A stretch of 64,000 nt of DNA from Sporopachydermia quercuum. Its lineage: Eukaryota. Shown piece by piece: positions 12,038 to 25,403 of this stretch. Location: contig BCGN01000008.1 in the NCBI GenBank assembly GCA_001599295.1, positions 248,001 through 312,000 of the forward strand, in the 5' to 3' direction. The notes beneath the pieces are model-generated. The model made no database searches. It was not told the origin of the DNA and saw only the letters and a program-made list of their open reading frames with translations. A program made the position numbers and the translations under genes. How positions within the stretch are numbered: the first letter of the stretch is position 1; every line of letters begins with the position of its first letter.

Positions 12038-13381
12038 TCATTCATGGAAATTGATCACATCCTCGTCATTTTCATCGTCCCATTTTCCTTCTCCTTCCCT
12101 TTCCTCTATGCCATCATTACTTTCATTGTCATAGCTGTCTTCCCATTCTTCATGTTCAGCATCAAATGCACGCCAGGTTCGTCTCAAGTCATACAAGAAA
12201 TGACGGAATCTATCTGTAGGTAATACTCCTGCTGCATATATGAATTTAGTATGCAGAGAATCGGAAATAATGGGCGAATCTGCTAATGCAAATGCACTTT
12301 TCCGGGTCTCTTCAACCTGTTGTCCCCCATTTTGCTCCCAAGGAAGATATTTTGCATTTATGCTGAGAAATCGATGGATCAAGTTACTTGTGCTTGTTAC
12401 TAATTGGTTTGTCAAAGTTAGTTCCTGCTGTGAGTAGGTATAATCTTCATTAACATCAATATCAGCAGCCCAATCAAAACCAGTAGGAAATTCAGGCTGT
12501 AAAACTGAATTGAAACCTGGAATTCCAAACTGCGGATTTAATATATCAGGGGTATAAAGATATGGTATCGCTTGAATTATTGTAGTTAACATATGCTTTC
12601 TAATAACAAACTGTTTAGAAATATCATCAGCTAGTAGGGGTATCAAAGGTCTAGATGATGTTGGATCACAAGTGGCATTATTTAGTAATAAAAGATTGCT
12701 TAGGTCTGGATTTGATTCGTCAGTTGGACGAAAAAGAGTTGAGTCACTGACCCTGCAATCAAATATTCCACCGACAAATGAATAAGGAATGTATATAGCC
12801 ATTTCTCGCGATGCATATTTCTTTCTTCTAGCCAGCTTATAGCATTTAAAACCAGAGTTTGTTAGTTGGGTATCATTATCACTGTTATTATTATATCTAC
12901 TGATATTGTTCTCATTGGTTGCACCGCTGATCTGAACTTTTCTCCCAAATGATAAATGCTGAACACTTGATATGGCACCTTTAGTTATTCTATTGAAAAA
13001 CGATATAGATTCATTAGTCCGTTTATCTTCAGTATAACTATCCATGAAAACATTAAGTCCGCTTTTTCGTTTGTTCATAGTCTTCATACAATACACTTTA
13101 CTCCAATCAATATCAACGTTTCTATCGACTGGTTCAACTTGTTCATAGTCAACTTCACCGTTTGAGCAATGACTCAATGACATCATATGCATTACTGGCA
13201 ACCTCCAGTCTTTCAAACTGTATTGACGATACAGCCTGAATCCTGTATACGGTAACCAACCATTACCAAGAATATCGCAGTATTTATGTTCCTTTTTATA
13301 CCAAGCGCTTTCTACCGTTGATATGTTGATGATTGCGTTGATTAGTGTAATCAGTGCAATCCACAAAGATAACGTGTACAT
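12038..13381 (-). CDS. Secreted Cys-containing protein, YGL138C/Spo77-like (probable spore-wall/sporulation protein)
   Basis: 447-aa ORF with signal peptide and acidic tail. Motifs YCDILGNGWLP, IDWSKVYC and NSGFKCYKLARRKK..YIPYSFVGGIFDCRVS resemble Spo77/YGL138C as I remember them. Convergent with FLC, like FLC3-YGL138C. Confidence 0.6.
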   Translation of the reverse strand: MYTLSLWIALITLINAIINISTVESAWYKKEHKYCDILGNGWLPYTGFRLYRQYSLKDWRLPVMHMMSLSHCSNGEVDYEQVEPVDRNVDIDWSKVYCMKTMNKRKSGLNVFMDSYTEDKRTNESISFFNRITKGAISSVQHLSFGRKVQISGATNENNISRYNNNSDNDTQLTNSGFKCYKLARRKKYASREMAIYIPYSFVGGIFDCRVSDSTLFRPTDESNPDLSNLLLLNNATCDPTSSRPLIPLLADDISKQFVIRKHMLTTIIQAIPYLYTPDILNPQFGIPGFNSVLQPEFPTGFDWAADIDVNEDYTYSQQELTLTNQLVTSTSNLIHRFLSINAKYLPWEQNGGQQVEETRKSAFALADSPIISDSLHTKFIYAAGVLPTDRFRHFLYDLRRTWRAFDAEHEEWEDSYDNESNDGIEEREGEGKWDDENDEDVINFHE

Positions 13382-14376
13382 TCTGACCCATTGACTAAGT
13401 GTTTTAGAGTACTAGAATGACTTAACTTCAAAAGCTCAAATTATCGTCCTTAAACTAGTTGTCTTGATAGTATTTATTTTCTAACCAACCACTCCTGAAA
13501 ATCAGAATTGCAAAACCATAAGACAATAGGAAGAAGAGAAAACTGTTGATAAGACATTAATTTCACAAATCTGATAAGAAAGATAAACATGATTGCAAAC
13601 TATCTTCAGAGGTGCCCCTTTGTAGAAATTTCGGAGAGCATGAGATATTTATGATGAAGGAAATAAAGTATATGAATGTTTGATTAATGATGACTGTTAT
13701 GCAAAAAAGGAAAGTAAATCGTTAAACAATAGTTAGTATTTTGAGTTGTTTTTAGTTATTATCGTATGTAACATTTTATTTCTTCTGTTTAGAGGGTTGA
13801 TAATTGTTCAGATGTATAAGTAATACAATGTTTGATGACAAACTGAGAAATCCTATGGGTGAAAATATACTCTATAGTTTCCGGATCAGAACACTTCGGA
13901 AATAATAAGCATCACTCAGTCAGTTGGGCTTGTTCTCATCTTTTTTATAAATTTTTATAATATATATCACTGTTTATTATCAATAATTATTGAAATATAT
14001 TAGAATAGCTATCAGAAGAGTATCTTTCAATTTATTTTAAAAATTTTAATTGCCTGAGAACTTTGACAGTGCAATGAATAGTTACCTAATTTCAGCAACG
14101 GTCTATCTCTACCATTCTCCAGTATAACTAAAGTTTACAACGATCATTCTTAATAGTACAGTTGCGAGACGTCCAGTTATTGACAATAACGCCCCTTCAG
14201 TATGTATTATTAATCAGTTGTCAGGCCCTTTGTTATGAAAATACTATAAAATGCTAGAGTACCTATCCATCCACAGCAGAATACATGAACCTCCTTTTCT
14301 ATTCATATAAATCATTGAACATCTTAGACTCTATATCAATGAATCGTTCCCGGTGGTAAAATCGTCATATACAGTC

Positions 14377-14430
14377 ATAATAATAATAATAATAATAATA
14401 ATAATATCAATAATATCAATAATATCAATA
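14377..14430. repeat. (ATA)n microsatellite followed by (TCAATAATA) units
   Basis: Directly visible tandem repeat. Confidence 0.9.
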
Positions 14431-14858
14431 CCAAACCCAGTTGGTAGATAAGATAATTAAATAAATAATAGTAGTAAATGGCAAACAGAAAGCTCATAGA
14501 TAAGCTACTAGTTGATGTAGTTAAAACAGTTGAAAAATAGAAAAATTAAACATGAATAATAAAAAAGTTGTAATAGTTGAAATCAGATAATACACCGTAG
14601 CCCATTCCATTCCTAGGTTTTGTTGTTTGTCTCTTTTTGTCCCTTTTTGTTCTCTTCTTGATTTCTTTCCTCGTTTCCCTTTCACATCATCATTCCCGGT
14701 AACCAACCAATCATTGTTCTTTTCATTATTTAAGTGCATTGATTTTTACGAGTTATCACATCCCCTGTTGTATGAACCAAGAAGCAACACCTTATCTTCC
14801 CCAAACTGTCCAGATGTTGTCAGAACCCATGCTCATATACAACACAATCCTCATCTTT

Positions 14859-16334
14859 TTAATCATCCTCACTTTGAATAAGCCCAACATCAATCATCGT
14901 CATGGTATTGAGATTCAATTGTACCATATTTCTCAATGTATCAGAAAGTATCTTCTTATCGACTTTTAATTCAAAATCGATCATGAATAGAAAAGATATC
15001 TCCAATCGATATAAATCACTTATTGTTACTCCTGCAACTTTAGCATAGTACTTCTGCTTGTGATTTACATCTTCTATAAGCTTGCACGATATCCGGAGAG
15101 CGACCAGAACAAGCCTATGTACATTGTATGCTGTTAATGGAATGTACTTCTTCTCTAAGCATAACTCTCTGATTAAATAGAATGAAGCCAGATAAACACT
15201 TGTTGAAAATGAACAGTACTTATGCAGTCTTTCCATATAATCTTCTAGAGACATGTCTGGGATCTCTTTCAGCCAGAACCTTTTCGTCAATGCAAATCTT
15301 TGCCTTTCACTTTCTGACAAAGCTGTAAGATCGATTTCTAATGGATGCAATCCAGTCACAGCTTTTGATAAATCTTCAGCATCCTTCAGTGTACCAGAAG
15401 TAACACCTGTAGCTGAGAAGATGAAAGGTGACGATTTCCTCCTTACTGATGAACCCATTGGTGATGTTTGTGGTAATATTGAATCTGTTGATATGTTAGA
15501 TATGTTAGACATGTCGCTGTCAGTGATAAGAGCTTCATCTTCAGGTATATAACCATCATCGGTCGACCGGGACACTGACTGCGAAGTACTTCCAGATTTG
15601 ATAACAGGATAATTTGAATTGGAAGATTGTTTGTTCTGTGGAAGTAAGCTTGACGATATGGCGTCGTTTTGGACATCACTACTGTATCCATCAATGCTTT
15701 CCTCGCTTTCGCTTCTTTGACCTTGTTCTTCGTTATTCTCTTGAAACCTAACAGTAGTGGGATTCCTATCTCTTCTTGTATGAACTGGACTTGTTATGCA
15801 TGACGTGACCGTAGAGTCTGACCCTCTGCGTCTTTGCTTCCCTTGCGGCGTATCTACATCGTATACTTTACTCTCATCCTCATAATCATCACTATTCATA
15901 TGCTTCTGGCCATGTGTCACGTAATTATGTGCTACACCATTACTTTCTCCATTAATGAACCCGTTATTCGAAGTAGATTCTAGTCCTGATATATCTGTGC
16001 CTGAACTGCTAACAGAGCCTGTGCTTCCATTGTTTGCTTCGTACTTTAATGCAATATCATCTTCAAGACTCGACAAGCTTTGTGAAGAGTATGTTTTATA
16101 CGACAGCAAATTCCTCAGTGATTTGATAAGGATTTTAGCGGCATCATTAGGATCTATCAGATCTATATCAGGTAAATGGTCAAGTTTCAATGCCATCAAA
16201 TTTTCTATTCGTTTATATTTATTTGTATCGTCCTTGGAAATAGTATTGCCATCACTTCCAGTATCTGATTTCTCAGTTGTCCTCCAACTTTCTTTGCTAT
16301 TATCATGATCTTCTGATACTGAATCGGACGACAT
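14859..16334 (-). CDS. PCL8: Pho85 cyclin, Pcl8/Pcl10-like
   Basis: C-terminal Pho80-type cyclin box (SLEDYMERLHKYC..NVHRLVLVALRISCKLIED..AKVAGV..LEISFLFMIDFEL). Lies downstream of RPL1 on the same strand, as PCL8 and PCL10 do. Confidence 0.75.
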   Translation of the reverse strand: MSSDSVSEDHDNSKESWRTTEKSDTGSDGNTISKDDTNKYKRIENLMALKLDHLPDIDLIDPNDAAKILIKSLRNLLSYKTYSSQSLSSLEDDIALKYEANNGSTGSVSSSGTDISGLESTSNNGFINGESNGVAHNYVTHGQKHMNSDDYEDESKVYDVDTPQGKQRRRGSDSTVTSCITSPVHTRRDRNPTTVRFQENNEEQGQRSESEESIDGYSSDVQNDAISSSLLPQNKQSSNSNYPVIKSGSTSQSVSRSTDDGYIPEDEALITDSDMSNISNISTDSILPQTSPMGSSVRRKSSPFIFSATGVTSGTLKDAEDLSKAVTGLHPLEIDLTALSESERQRFALTKRFWLKEIPDMSLEDYMERLHKYCSFSTSVYLASFYLIRELCLEKKYIPLTAYNVHRLVLVALRISCKLIEDVNHKQKYYAKVAGVTISDLYRLEISFLFMIDFELKVDKKILSDTLRNMVQLNLNTMTMIDVGLIQSEDD

Positions 16335-17910
16335 TTCTTCTTCATGCTCACACTGAAATAACGTAAGTCAAAGTTGTAATTATGAAGTCTACTTGTGCCA
16401 GTGATAGTTAGAATGTCAACTGTTGTTCCTCAGATCAATCTCTATGGTCGTTGCCAATAGTATGTTGTATGTTGGGGTTACAACCTTTTATAAACAAATA
16501 AAGTCCTCCTTTCAATCTTCTTTCTGTAGATTTAATATTTAATCAAATAAAATATTCTCAATATCTAGTAGTTATTCTTAGCGATATATGTGTATTATAT
16601 AATTATGTTGAGACCTATGTTGATATCATGACATAATACTTTTTGTGTTACCTAAAATGTGGAGTAATTGCCTTGGTAAACCTATTTGCATCACCAAATA
16701 AAGAGGTTGCTACTACTGATAATCGAGCTTTGATCCAATCTGAATAGTACTTGCGAAAAGACGCCAATCAAAGGAAAATATGGTTTTTATTTCGACAACT
16801 ATTTCAAACCGTTCTCAAATGTTTCATAGAGGCAGAAGAAAAAAATTACCACCAAACTACTGATCAAGCCCTTAAAACACACCACAAGATAAAAGCGCAA
16901 CACATACATCATAACAATACAATACAAACAATAGAAGACTGCGCAGGGCCGGTTTATAGTGGTATATAAGGTTTGAGTCAGAACGTTAAGGATGCATGTT
17001 AGTGGCAGTACTGCATTGAGTTTAATTCTGTATTAGGAAGGTGGTGATGCTGAAAATCTTACAATGTCAAAAAAGGCTAAATGTATGGATGGTTAAGAAG
17101 AAGGAAGGAAAGAAGAGAATGGAACATCCGTGATTGGGAGGATTGGTGATTGGAAAAGAGAAAATGTGCTACTCTATGGTTAATGTTTTGAGAGAAAAGG
17201 AGAGTAAAGCCAAGGCAATTAATTGAACTGTTGGGCAAAGTGTGCCTCAAAGATCATCGGGAATCATGTGTATTATGTAATCCAAAGAGTAAGAGTGTAG
17301 CACTAGCTGTACTCTGCGTCTCTTCAGACGTAGGATGGGATTTGTTTCACATGAATATCAAGTGGGGTTGGAAGTATATTGATAGAAGATCAAACAATCA
17401 GAATAGTTTAGATAGAGTTACATGGTAATGGAAAGGCAAATGAGAGAGTTATTTACATACAACTAAGTTTTTCCTACGTAGTGAATAATTCGCGATATCA
17501 AATGAACTGAAGTAGAACTAACAAGTATATATATAGAACTTCAAAGAATAGACGGGCACATAGATTCCCCATCATTTATGAACGAATGACTACATATGCA
17601 AATCTCAACTGTCAGTCAGCTCTGCCTTTTATAGCTCACAATTGTAAATAAGATCTGCCGATTCAAAGGGTACACATAATTCTGTAAAATTAATTAGTCG
17701 GTGACTTCCCCCTATCATAATTACCTATATTTATTATTATCTGAAAAGTAGAAACGCTGGGTGCCGAATGTAATAAGCATATACAAGAGTATTAAGGTCA
17801 ATAGATAAAACGTATCAGGTAATAAAGGGAAATTGAAATATTACAATTCTAACCTAGTGTTTTAATCATTAACAAGTATTAATTTTTTATTTTATACAAA
17901 TGCATAATAC

Positions 17911-18561
17911 TTAGTAGATTCTGAAAGGAGGACCCATGGTGGACTTGATGACCAAGGATCCAACGTTTTGCCAGTGCTTCTTCAACAAAGAAACCAAAAA
18001 GTTGGAAGCCATCATGATTTGGTTGACAAGAATGTCTTCTTCCATTTCAACGTTACCAACGGCAACGGCCAAACATAAAACCTTCTTCAACTGGAACTTA
18101 ATGGTGGACTTGACTTCGCTGACCTTTTGGTAAAGATCATCGTTGTGAGAAACGGGAGTAGGGAACTTACCGGCCTTGGAAAGTTGAGGACCCAAAAGAC
18201 GAGGAACTTGCTTAATCAAGTTTTCGGAAGCAATAAAAGCGTTGTACTTCTTGGCCAACTTCTTGATTAATTTTTTGTTCTTGTTGAGCTTCTTGAGGTC
18301 GTCAACGGACATGGCATCAACACCTAAGGACTTAGCTCTGTCGACATCGAAAGCATCACCAAAAATACAGATGGTCATGTTAGGTCTGGGAACTTGAGGT
18401 AACTTCAAGGTACCGGAGAAACGCTTATCTCTTTGAGGATCATAGTTCTTCAAACCAACTTGGAGTTCAACAGTTTCCAAGAAATTTCTCTTCTTCTTTT
18501 CGGAGGCCTCCAAAAGCTCTCTGACATTGGCTCTAACACCCGAGTTAGTAATCTTAGACAT
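17911..18561 (-). CDS. RPL1: 60S ribosomal protein L1 (uL1/L10a)
   Basis: 216 aa, with the near-invariant [27 protein letters not shown] motif and strong codon bias. Confidence 0.98.
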   Translation of the reverse strand: MSKITNSGVRANVRELLEASEKKKRNFLETVELQVGLKNYDPQRDKRFSGTLKLPQVPRPNMTICIFGDAFDVDRAKSLGVDAMSVDDLKKLNKNKKLIKKLAKKYNAFIASENLIKQVPRLLGPQLSKAGKFPTPVSHNDDLYQKVSEVKSTIKFQLKKVLCLAVAVGNVEMEEDILVNQIMMASNFLVSLLKKHWQNVGSLVIKSTMGPPFRIY

Positions 18562-19167
18562 TCTTATTGATTATTAGTTGATTGTATTCGTCTCCCAAGC
18601 GATTCTCGTTGGTGGTCCTAATAGGCTGATTCGACGACGATGGTTCATGTAAATTCATTCAATCCTCATAATCAACACTTGATACACTGACTATAATAAG
18701 AGGAATGTACTACTACGAGTTTTCTTTTATTTTTCATCCCTCATTGTAAAAAAGTTTGTTACAAGGAATAGGATTACTAAAAACGGAAAAGCAATTCTTC
18801 AAAAATAAAAATAGGGTGTTACCAAATATGTCTTGTAAAAGTCATTATATCACGTGTAAATATTACCCTCTTACTTTTCACATGATAATTAAACCCTATT
18901 GCGTTTTCGAGATTAGAACTTCCCATCTCTTCTTCTATTATCATTATTGATGGACAACAAAAACCGACTGTTTTGGTAGTAACGATAGGGTTACAATGGG
19001 GTACATGGAGATATCAAGAATGATATAAAACTAAATATAAATAACTGCATAAAAATTAGTTCTACAATCCATATATATCAATATGCCTATACTACTCTAT
19101 AGCAAGAGGGTGCAAATCAGACAAGAGATTGTTCGTTGACCATACTGCTCTTACTATAAGCATTTAA

Positions 19168-21264
19168 TCAAACACTTGAAACAATCTCATTGGCGTGACG
19201 TAAAACTTCTACCATCTTCTGGCATTCTTTCCGTCGTTGTACTGTAATCTCACTTTCAGCAGCAAGTTCGTTAATGGTATCCGTTTTATACATGGTTTCC
19301 AGTAATTGCTTTTGGATTTTATCTTTAGAGTAAGAAATTAATTTCAGCATGATAGCTTTGGGAATAGAATCGGCAACAGTTCGTTGAACAATGTTGAAGT
19401 ATGATTGAATAAGTAATTTAATTATCTCCGTTTCCATCTGTTCACGCTCCGACATATTACCTGCAGCCTTCAAAACAGATGGAGGAGCTTCCATTGCAGC
19501 AAGTCTCTTCTTTGATTTGGATGAAAAGAAATTTGAAAATACACCGCCAGATGATCCAGAATCGTCAGGTGTGTTCACTGGTTGAACAGTTTGTTTTCCT
19601 GTCTTTGGATCAACAATTATTTTTGTTGGATGTAGTTTCTCTTGGACAATGGCCATTGCTTGAGAACCCTTTAGTAAGTCGGGGTGAGCTGTGTTGATGT
19701 AGCAGGATTCCATTGTGATGATATCTGTAACAAGCGCATTAGTTGGCTTCAAACATTCCCGTAAGAAAGATGTCACTGATGTTGCCAATGCATCTCTTAG
19801 AGCTGGATATCTATTGTATTTAGGTTTCTTGATTATTTGATAAAGAATTCTAGTTAACTCATCAAATATCATATTGACACATCTTAAAGAAGGATCCTCA
19901 AACCTTTTGATTTGCTTTTTAACCAGAGTCTCAAACGCTTGTGTTCCAACAAATAAAGAAGGTGTAGCACCACTAGAATTATACATAATAGTCCTTATAT
20001 CAGTTTCTTTGATTTCGTCAAAAGGATCCAGAGCGTTGACACCATTTCTATAGATTTCATGGAATACAAAACTAATTCTAGCACCACCTATGAGTTCACT
20101 GGATGACAAATCAGAACCCTCACCATCAAGAATACTTCTGTATTCATTAGCAAATTCGGTAATTATATTCAATACAACACTTGAAGGCGTTCCTAATGCC
20201 TCAGGCCCTAATGCTTGTAATTCAGCATTATACTTAGCTAGCGTAGTTTCTATCTTCATTTTTATGTCTGGCAATGTTTGTTTGATGTGATGCAATAAAA
20301 TATTGTTAAGCTTCTTTGCTAAAAATGGTGTACCACAGTAATGAGCTTTGGCCCTGTATGCAGGATGAGATTCGAAAAACTTCCGTTCATCTGCCAAAGC
20401 TTGAGTGATGGATTTCTTGTTTTCTATATCTTTCTGTCCCCGATTGATAACAGGCACATATCCATATCTTAGAGGAATGACTCTTCCTGCTAAGATATCA
20501 ATAACGTCTGTGCCTTGATCCATCAAATCAATTTTGGTTAACACACCGATAGTCCTGTTTCCTTCAGGATCAACTTCACGAGCCAATTTCAATCCATCTG
20601 AATTTGCCAAATCCTGATTAGCAGCATTAACTGCAAGTATTATTGCATTAGGTCTTGAGATATACTTCAATACCATTTCCTTGATCTGTTTCTCAATGTC
20701 CTTCGGTTGATCACCAACGGGCACCTTTGTTAAACCAGGCAAATCAACGAGTGTCAAAGTTAAAACATGAGGGGAGTAAACTCTCAAATTTATAGGTGCT
20801 GGGGAAATACCAGCATTTTTACCCGTTTTACTTTCAGTTTCCTTAACAATCTCCTGTCTAATTTGCTCAAAATCATAAAACTTCTGACCAGGCAAATGTA
20901 AGAACTCACCCCATTCTTCTTTGTTATTCTCGTCAAATCTTTCTTTTTCCTTTTGATTGGAATCACCATTAAGATCTAACGATAGTAAATCTTTATTCAA
21001 ATCATTTGCATCTGTAGTTCCATTGCTTTTCTCATGATCAGTTCTTCTTGTGATCAACTGTAACACTAATGGTCTTCTAGTAACAATACCACTTCCTCGA
21101 GGTAAAAAGTCTCTACCAACTATGTTCTCCAGAACTGACGATTTGCCGCTTGACTGTGATCCCACGACTGTTATTTGGGGCAAATCAATAGGGTTTGATC
21201 CAGCTCCGAGTGATGCTAAAGCATCCTGGAGCTTATTAACTGTGCTGATAAGATGTTGATCCAT
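19168..21264 (-). CDS. VPS1: Dynamin-like GTPase Vps1 (698 aa; true start [14 protein letters not shown])
   Basis: [10 protein letters not shown]-loop, DLPG, TKID, middle domain and GED ending [17 protein letters not shown]. The ORF-track start at 21333 is a non-ATG extension. Confidence 0.95.
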   Translation of the reverse strand: MDQHLISTVNKLQDALASLGAGSNPIDLPQITVVGSQSSGKSSVLENIVGRDFLPRGSGIVTRRPLVLQLITRRTDHEKSNGTTDANDLNKDLLSLDLNGDSNQKEKERFDENNKEEWGEFLHLPGQKFYDFEQIRQEIVKETESKTGKNAGISPAPINLRVYSPHVLTLTLVDLPGLTKVPVGDQPKDIEKQIKEMVLKYISRPNAIILAVNAANQDLANSDGLKLAREVDPEGNRTIGVLTKIDLMDQGTDVIDILAGRVIPLRYGYVPVINRGQKDIENKKSITQALADERKFFESHPAYRAKAHYCGTPFLAKKLNNILLHHIKQTLPDIKMKIETTLAKYNAELQALGPEALGTPSSVVLNIITEFANEYRSILDGEGSDLSSSELIGGARISFVFHEIYRNGVNALDPFDEIKETDIRTIMYNSSGATPSLFVGTQAFETLVKKQIKRFEDPSLRCVNMIFDELTRILYQIIKKPKYNRYPALRDALATSVTSFLRECLKPTNALVTDIITMESCYINTAHPDLLKGSQAMAIVQEKLHPTKIIVDPKTGKQTVQPVNTPDDSGSSGGVFSNFFSSKSKKRLAAMEAPPSVLKAAGNMSEREQMETEIIKLLIQSYFNIVQRTVADSIPKAIMLKLISYSKDKIQKQLLETMYKTDTINELAAESEITVQRRKECQKMVEVLRHANEIVSSV

Positions 21265-24200
21265 CGTTGCAATATCGGTAGGTGCACTTATTGACAGTAA
21301 TGCAAAGAGTTCTAGTTTCAAATAAATTGTCAAATGAGTCTATACTAGTGATCAATACAATTGAACAGTGGTACCTTAGATTCCAATTCCCCCTGCTTTG
21401 TGGTTGGAATTACAAGGATAAAGTACTTACTAAAGAATAAAAGAATCGATTTTCAGTGTCAACAGATCACAAAATAAACTTTAGTCTGTTCCAATAAAGT
21501 GCAAGTTTCAAGGCTAGATCAATTGATCCTTCACCCTGGCTTGACTCAGTGAAACTGTGTTTGAATCACTGTAGTTGATGTGTCAGATCCGATAAAGGTA
21601 CGTAATAGCTGTATAGCAGTTGAGATGCCATCCTATCATATATATATATTTATATATACGAATGATTGGGTGTACATTGAAGCAAGACTTCATGTTGTTT
21701 GATGCCAAATACTGCATATCAATGCACTAATAGCAATATCTTGCATGTTGGCAAGTAAATAATACTCTAATGTTACTAGAAGTAAATGTTACTAGATTAT
21801 AACAAACCGAACTGGTAGAGTTATAATAACAGATGGTAATCTTCATCGCGGAAAAAAAATCGTTTATTACATGTTTGATGACAGTAGGGACGCTTGTTTC
21901 ATTATCGACCACAATTAAATCGTGACTATAATACACGCGAATTATCATTTCTGGAGTAAACAGGATTTGGCTCAAAAGCTCAAAAGACTCAATTGAATGA
22001 AACTTCAGTGAAACTACATGTGATTTAAGTTAATTTTTTAGTGAAAATAATGTAATTGAGTTCAGAGTACGCATGCAGAACGAACCTTAAGGAAAATTAT
22101 ACATGATTCTTGCATATCATTGTCCAAGAATACAAACTTATTTGCACTATAAACTTTGAGAAAATTCAGGTAATAACCCAGCTATTAGCATGAGATACAT
22201 TGTGTCTACAAGTTCTATCCAATACCAACAAATCCGTACAAGCATTATGATATTGGAAGAAAGCCATTAATTCTTATACCATTCATTTATTAGGCCAATT
22301 ACCTCGATTTCCCATTTTCAAGGCGCATTAGAATGCAGTAAACTATATAGGTTCTGAACTCCATTCCTGGTAACTCAGAACTCAAAAAGCGTGTCGGTCT
22401 CGTCTCGTTGACAATGGTAACGAACATACGCAATAAACGTAATGAAAATCAATTGTCGGTATTTTCTTAATTACGTTATCGACGAAGTTATGAGTGTGAA
22501 TGTTCTGAAATATTTGTATATCTGTTAGTGAAATTATTTGTATCAAATAATTAAAAGCTTGTTTGAATAATAGAGCGGTGGAACTAAAGCACAATTGAAA
22601 CTCAAAACGCGAAACTATAAATTATCACCAACAAAAAATGAGAAAATTCCAATAATTTGCGAAATGAGTGAAAATTGAAAACAGACCCCGTTCATATGCA
22701 TTTCAAAGTCTATCACTATTGACTTGAGATTCTCTGATCAACTTAAGAGAAGTACTAGTGCTATTTCGTGATGCAGATTTATTGAAAGTTTCTACGTATG
22801 GGTAGATGTACTTTGAAGATGAATGGAACCATATACCAGCCATTTAACCTTTTTGCCAATCATTATCTAACAACAACTTTCAAATATCAAATTGTAGCTC
22901 TCTCTGGATACTTCTTAAACGTGAATATTATCTCTCTTTTAAGGTGTGGATATCTCGGTAATTATATCTCTCAATGGTACTTATTTGAGAGATATAAAGC
23001 TCTCCAACCCAGACTTTCAAATAGGTATACTGAATTCCTACATATAGTCAACAACCGTGGTATCATTAAACTACGATAAGGCGAAAATCAAAATATCAAA
23101 GTAACTTGCAAGTTTTGAACGGCTCTGATGTAGTATATTGTTCAGAAACAGAAAAGTGAAAAATACTATCAAAATGTGAACGTGCATCGAATGGAATATA
23201 AGGTTAGGCTCATCCATTGTCGTTTAATTATTACTTCTTTAATCATATTCTAATTATGACCTGAAGTGAGCAAAAAGTATAGTTACACAGGAAAATACTT
23301 ATAATCCAATAATGAATCCAATGGCGAACTATTGAGAATAACTAATCATAGCTCATATCAAACAGGTTAGTTAATGATTAATGAGAAGATGTTCTCATGA
23401 GTAACCATTTCTGTTTGGATATTCAGTATCATGTCATAATGCAGTAAGACTAGATAGGAATTAGGGATTCAATAAAAACGCAAAAGCTCTCCTTTGACGA
23501 TAAAGAGCTTTCATCTTCCTAATAACTAACTTACCTACAAATATTGTAAACCAAAAAGCTCGACGAACAGGGTATATTGATTGAGCGTTCAAAGATTGAA
23601 TTAACTCTTGAGAAAAAATAAGAGAGAATATAATAAAATCATACATGTACTTAATCAGACATACTACATAGTTGTAGGCGAGTCACATTTCCCGATCCTG
23701 CGACTTTGTTTAGCTTGATAAAAAAGGTGCAGTCAAATTAGACTCAACGTCCAATGTACTTCCAATGTATTGAAGTGCCGATCTAATTTTCAACGAGCAA
23801 AGATTAGTCGAGCTTGAGTTTTGAACTCCGAAAGAAATTTGAAGAAAAAAAAAGAATGGGAACCGTTGTTCTTCTCTTCAAGATAATAGCATAAATCCGC
23901 AAAAGAAAAACTCAAATAGACTTGGACAATAAGGATTAAACTCTTGTCAGTTTTGAGAACATGTAGTAATATAAGGTTTACTTGCATAAAAAGGATACAA
24001 TAGGGAGCTAACCTCAGGGAAAGCCTGAAACTCTTTCAAATGTTTCGTTGATCGATTTCCAAGACTAGCTAAAATAAAAAACTACAACAGTATGATACGC
24101 CTGGGTCCAAGCCAAACGTTAATTATTTTTTGATAGATGAAAGCTGAACTAGTACTTGGATCTTCATATGAAGAGAGCGCTCCATCCCTTTCACCATGAG

Positions 24201-25403
24201 TATGAAACTTCCAATTTAATTAATTCTATCGCACCCCCGAAGTGATAAACTCCTAAGTCTCTACAATAGGTTATGCTCTTTATCTAAAAAAGTAATTTGG
24301 CTTTAATTCTCAAAACAATTTTGAGGGACTCAATACAAATACAATCACCAATTATTAATATTTCTTTCCCAAGAGAGAATATATTATAAAGATTAATGGA
24401 GCCAACAGTATCAGCAGGGTACGGTAGATTATTTTTCACCCAAATGTTCCAATTTCACAGAAATTATGTCGATAAGGAGAAAAGAGTAACGCACTTTAAT
24501 TATTTCTTCCTCAACTTTATTTCAAATCCAGGCGTATTTCAGCCTTTATGATCCAACTATAAACCTCGAGACATTTGAAGCCATCAATTAGTACAGTGGA
24601 ATTGTATTTCTAGCTAGACTTTTCAACCTCCTATAGCTTTGAACTTTAAGAAAATTACTCATCGAGCATTTATAGTTGGACGAAGCACCTAATGTCTGAA
24701 ATCATTAATACGATTTCCTTTTACAGATAATTAGTACACTAAATCGACCTAAGAAGATTAAAATGCCAAACTCGCATTAGAATTGCATCAACAAACCAAA
24801 ACTAAGTCAACTACTAGTTCATTAGTCGATAGTAATTTAGTTTTTGTTCCGTTAATTCATTGAGTCAAGATAGACTATCTATCTCCATAGTGATTTATTG
24901 CAGTGGACTAGAGTCAAAGAAGAAAAAGAAAAAAAAAGTATTGACCGATATCCTTTCGAAACTGTTCATTATGAAGGAATGAATGATTTTAAGTCTAAGC
25001 TTAGAATAAATCGGGAATGTACATGAAATTGTTATTCATTAGTTCTGTACAAATTGATGATTAGGATTATTATCCACTATCCATAACTATCGAATGGCAG
25101 AAAATGAATTTATACGATCAAGGGACAAAATTCGTTGACCTGAGATCAGAGGGGTCAAAGACTAGAAATATATTGGAAAACAGTAAGTAACTTCACAATC
25201 ACTAACGTTCTCTTAGAATACTGATAATCTCTATATGTATATCATAAAAATTCTACATTATATTGTTCCCATACCAGACGAAAACTTAACTATGAAAATA
25301 AAAACAGTCATAAAAGGCCATTAAAGTGAATCAATCAATGATTCTAATTAAGCCAGCATTCGAAGGAAGACATGTATTTTTTAGTTTAAATGTTGTAGTA
25401 TGA

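Noticed and set aside
21265..21333. N-terminal extension of VPS1 in the ORF track
   Set aside because: Starts at a non-ATG codon; homology begins at MDQHLI (21264).
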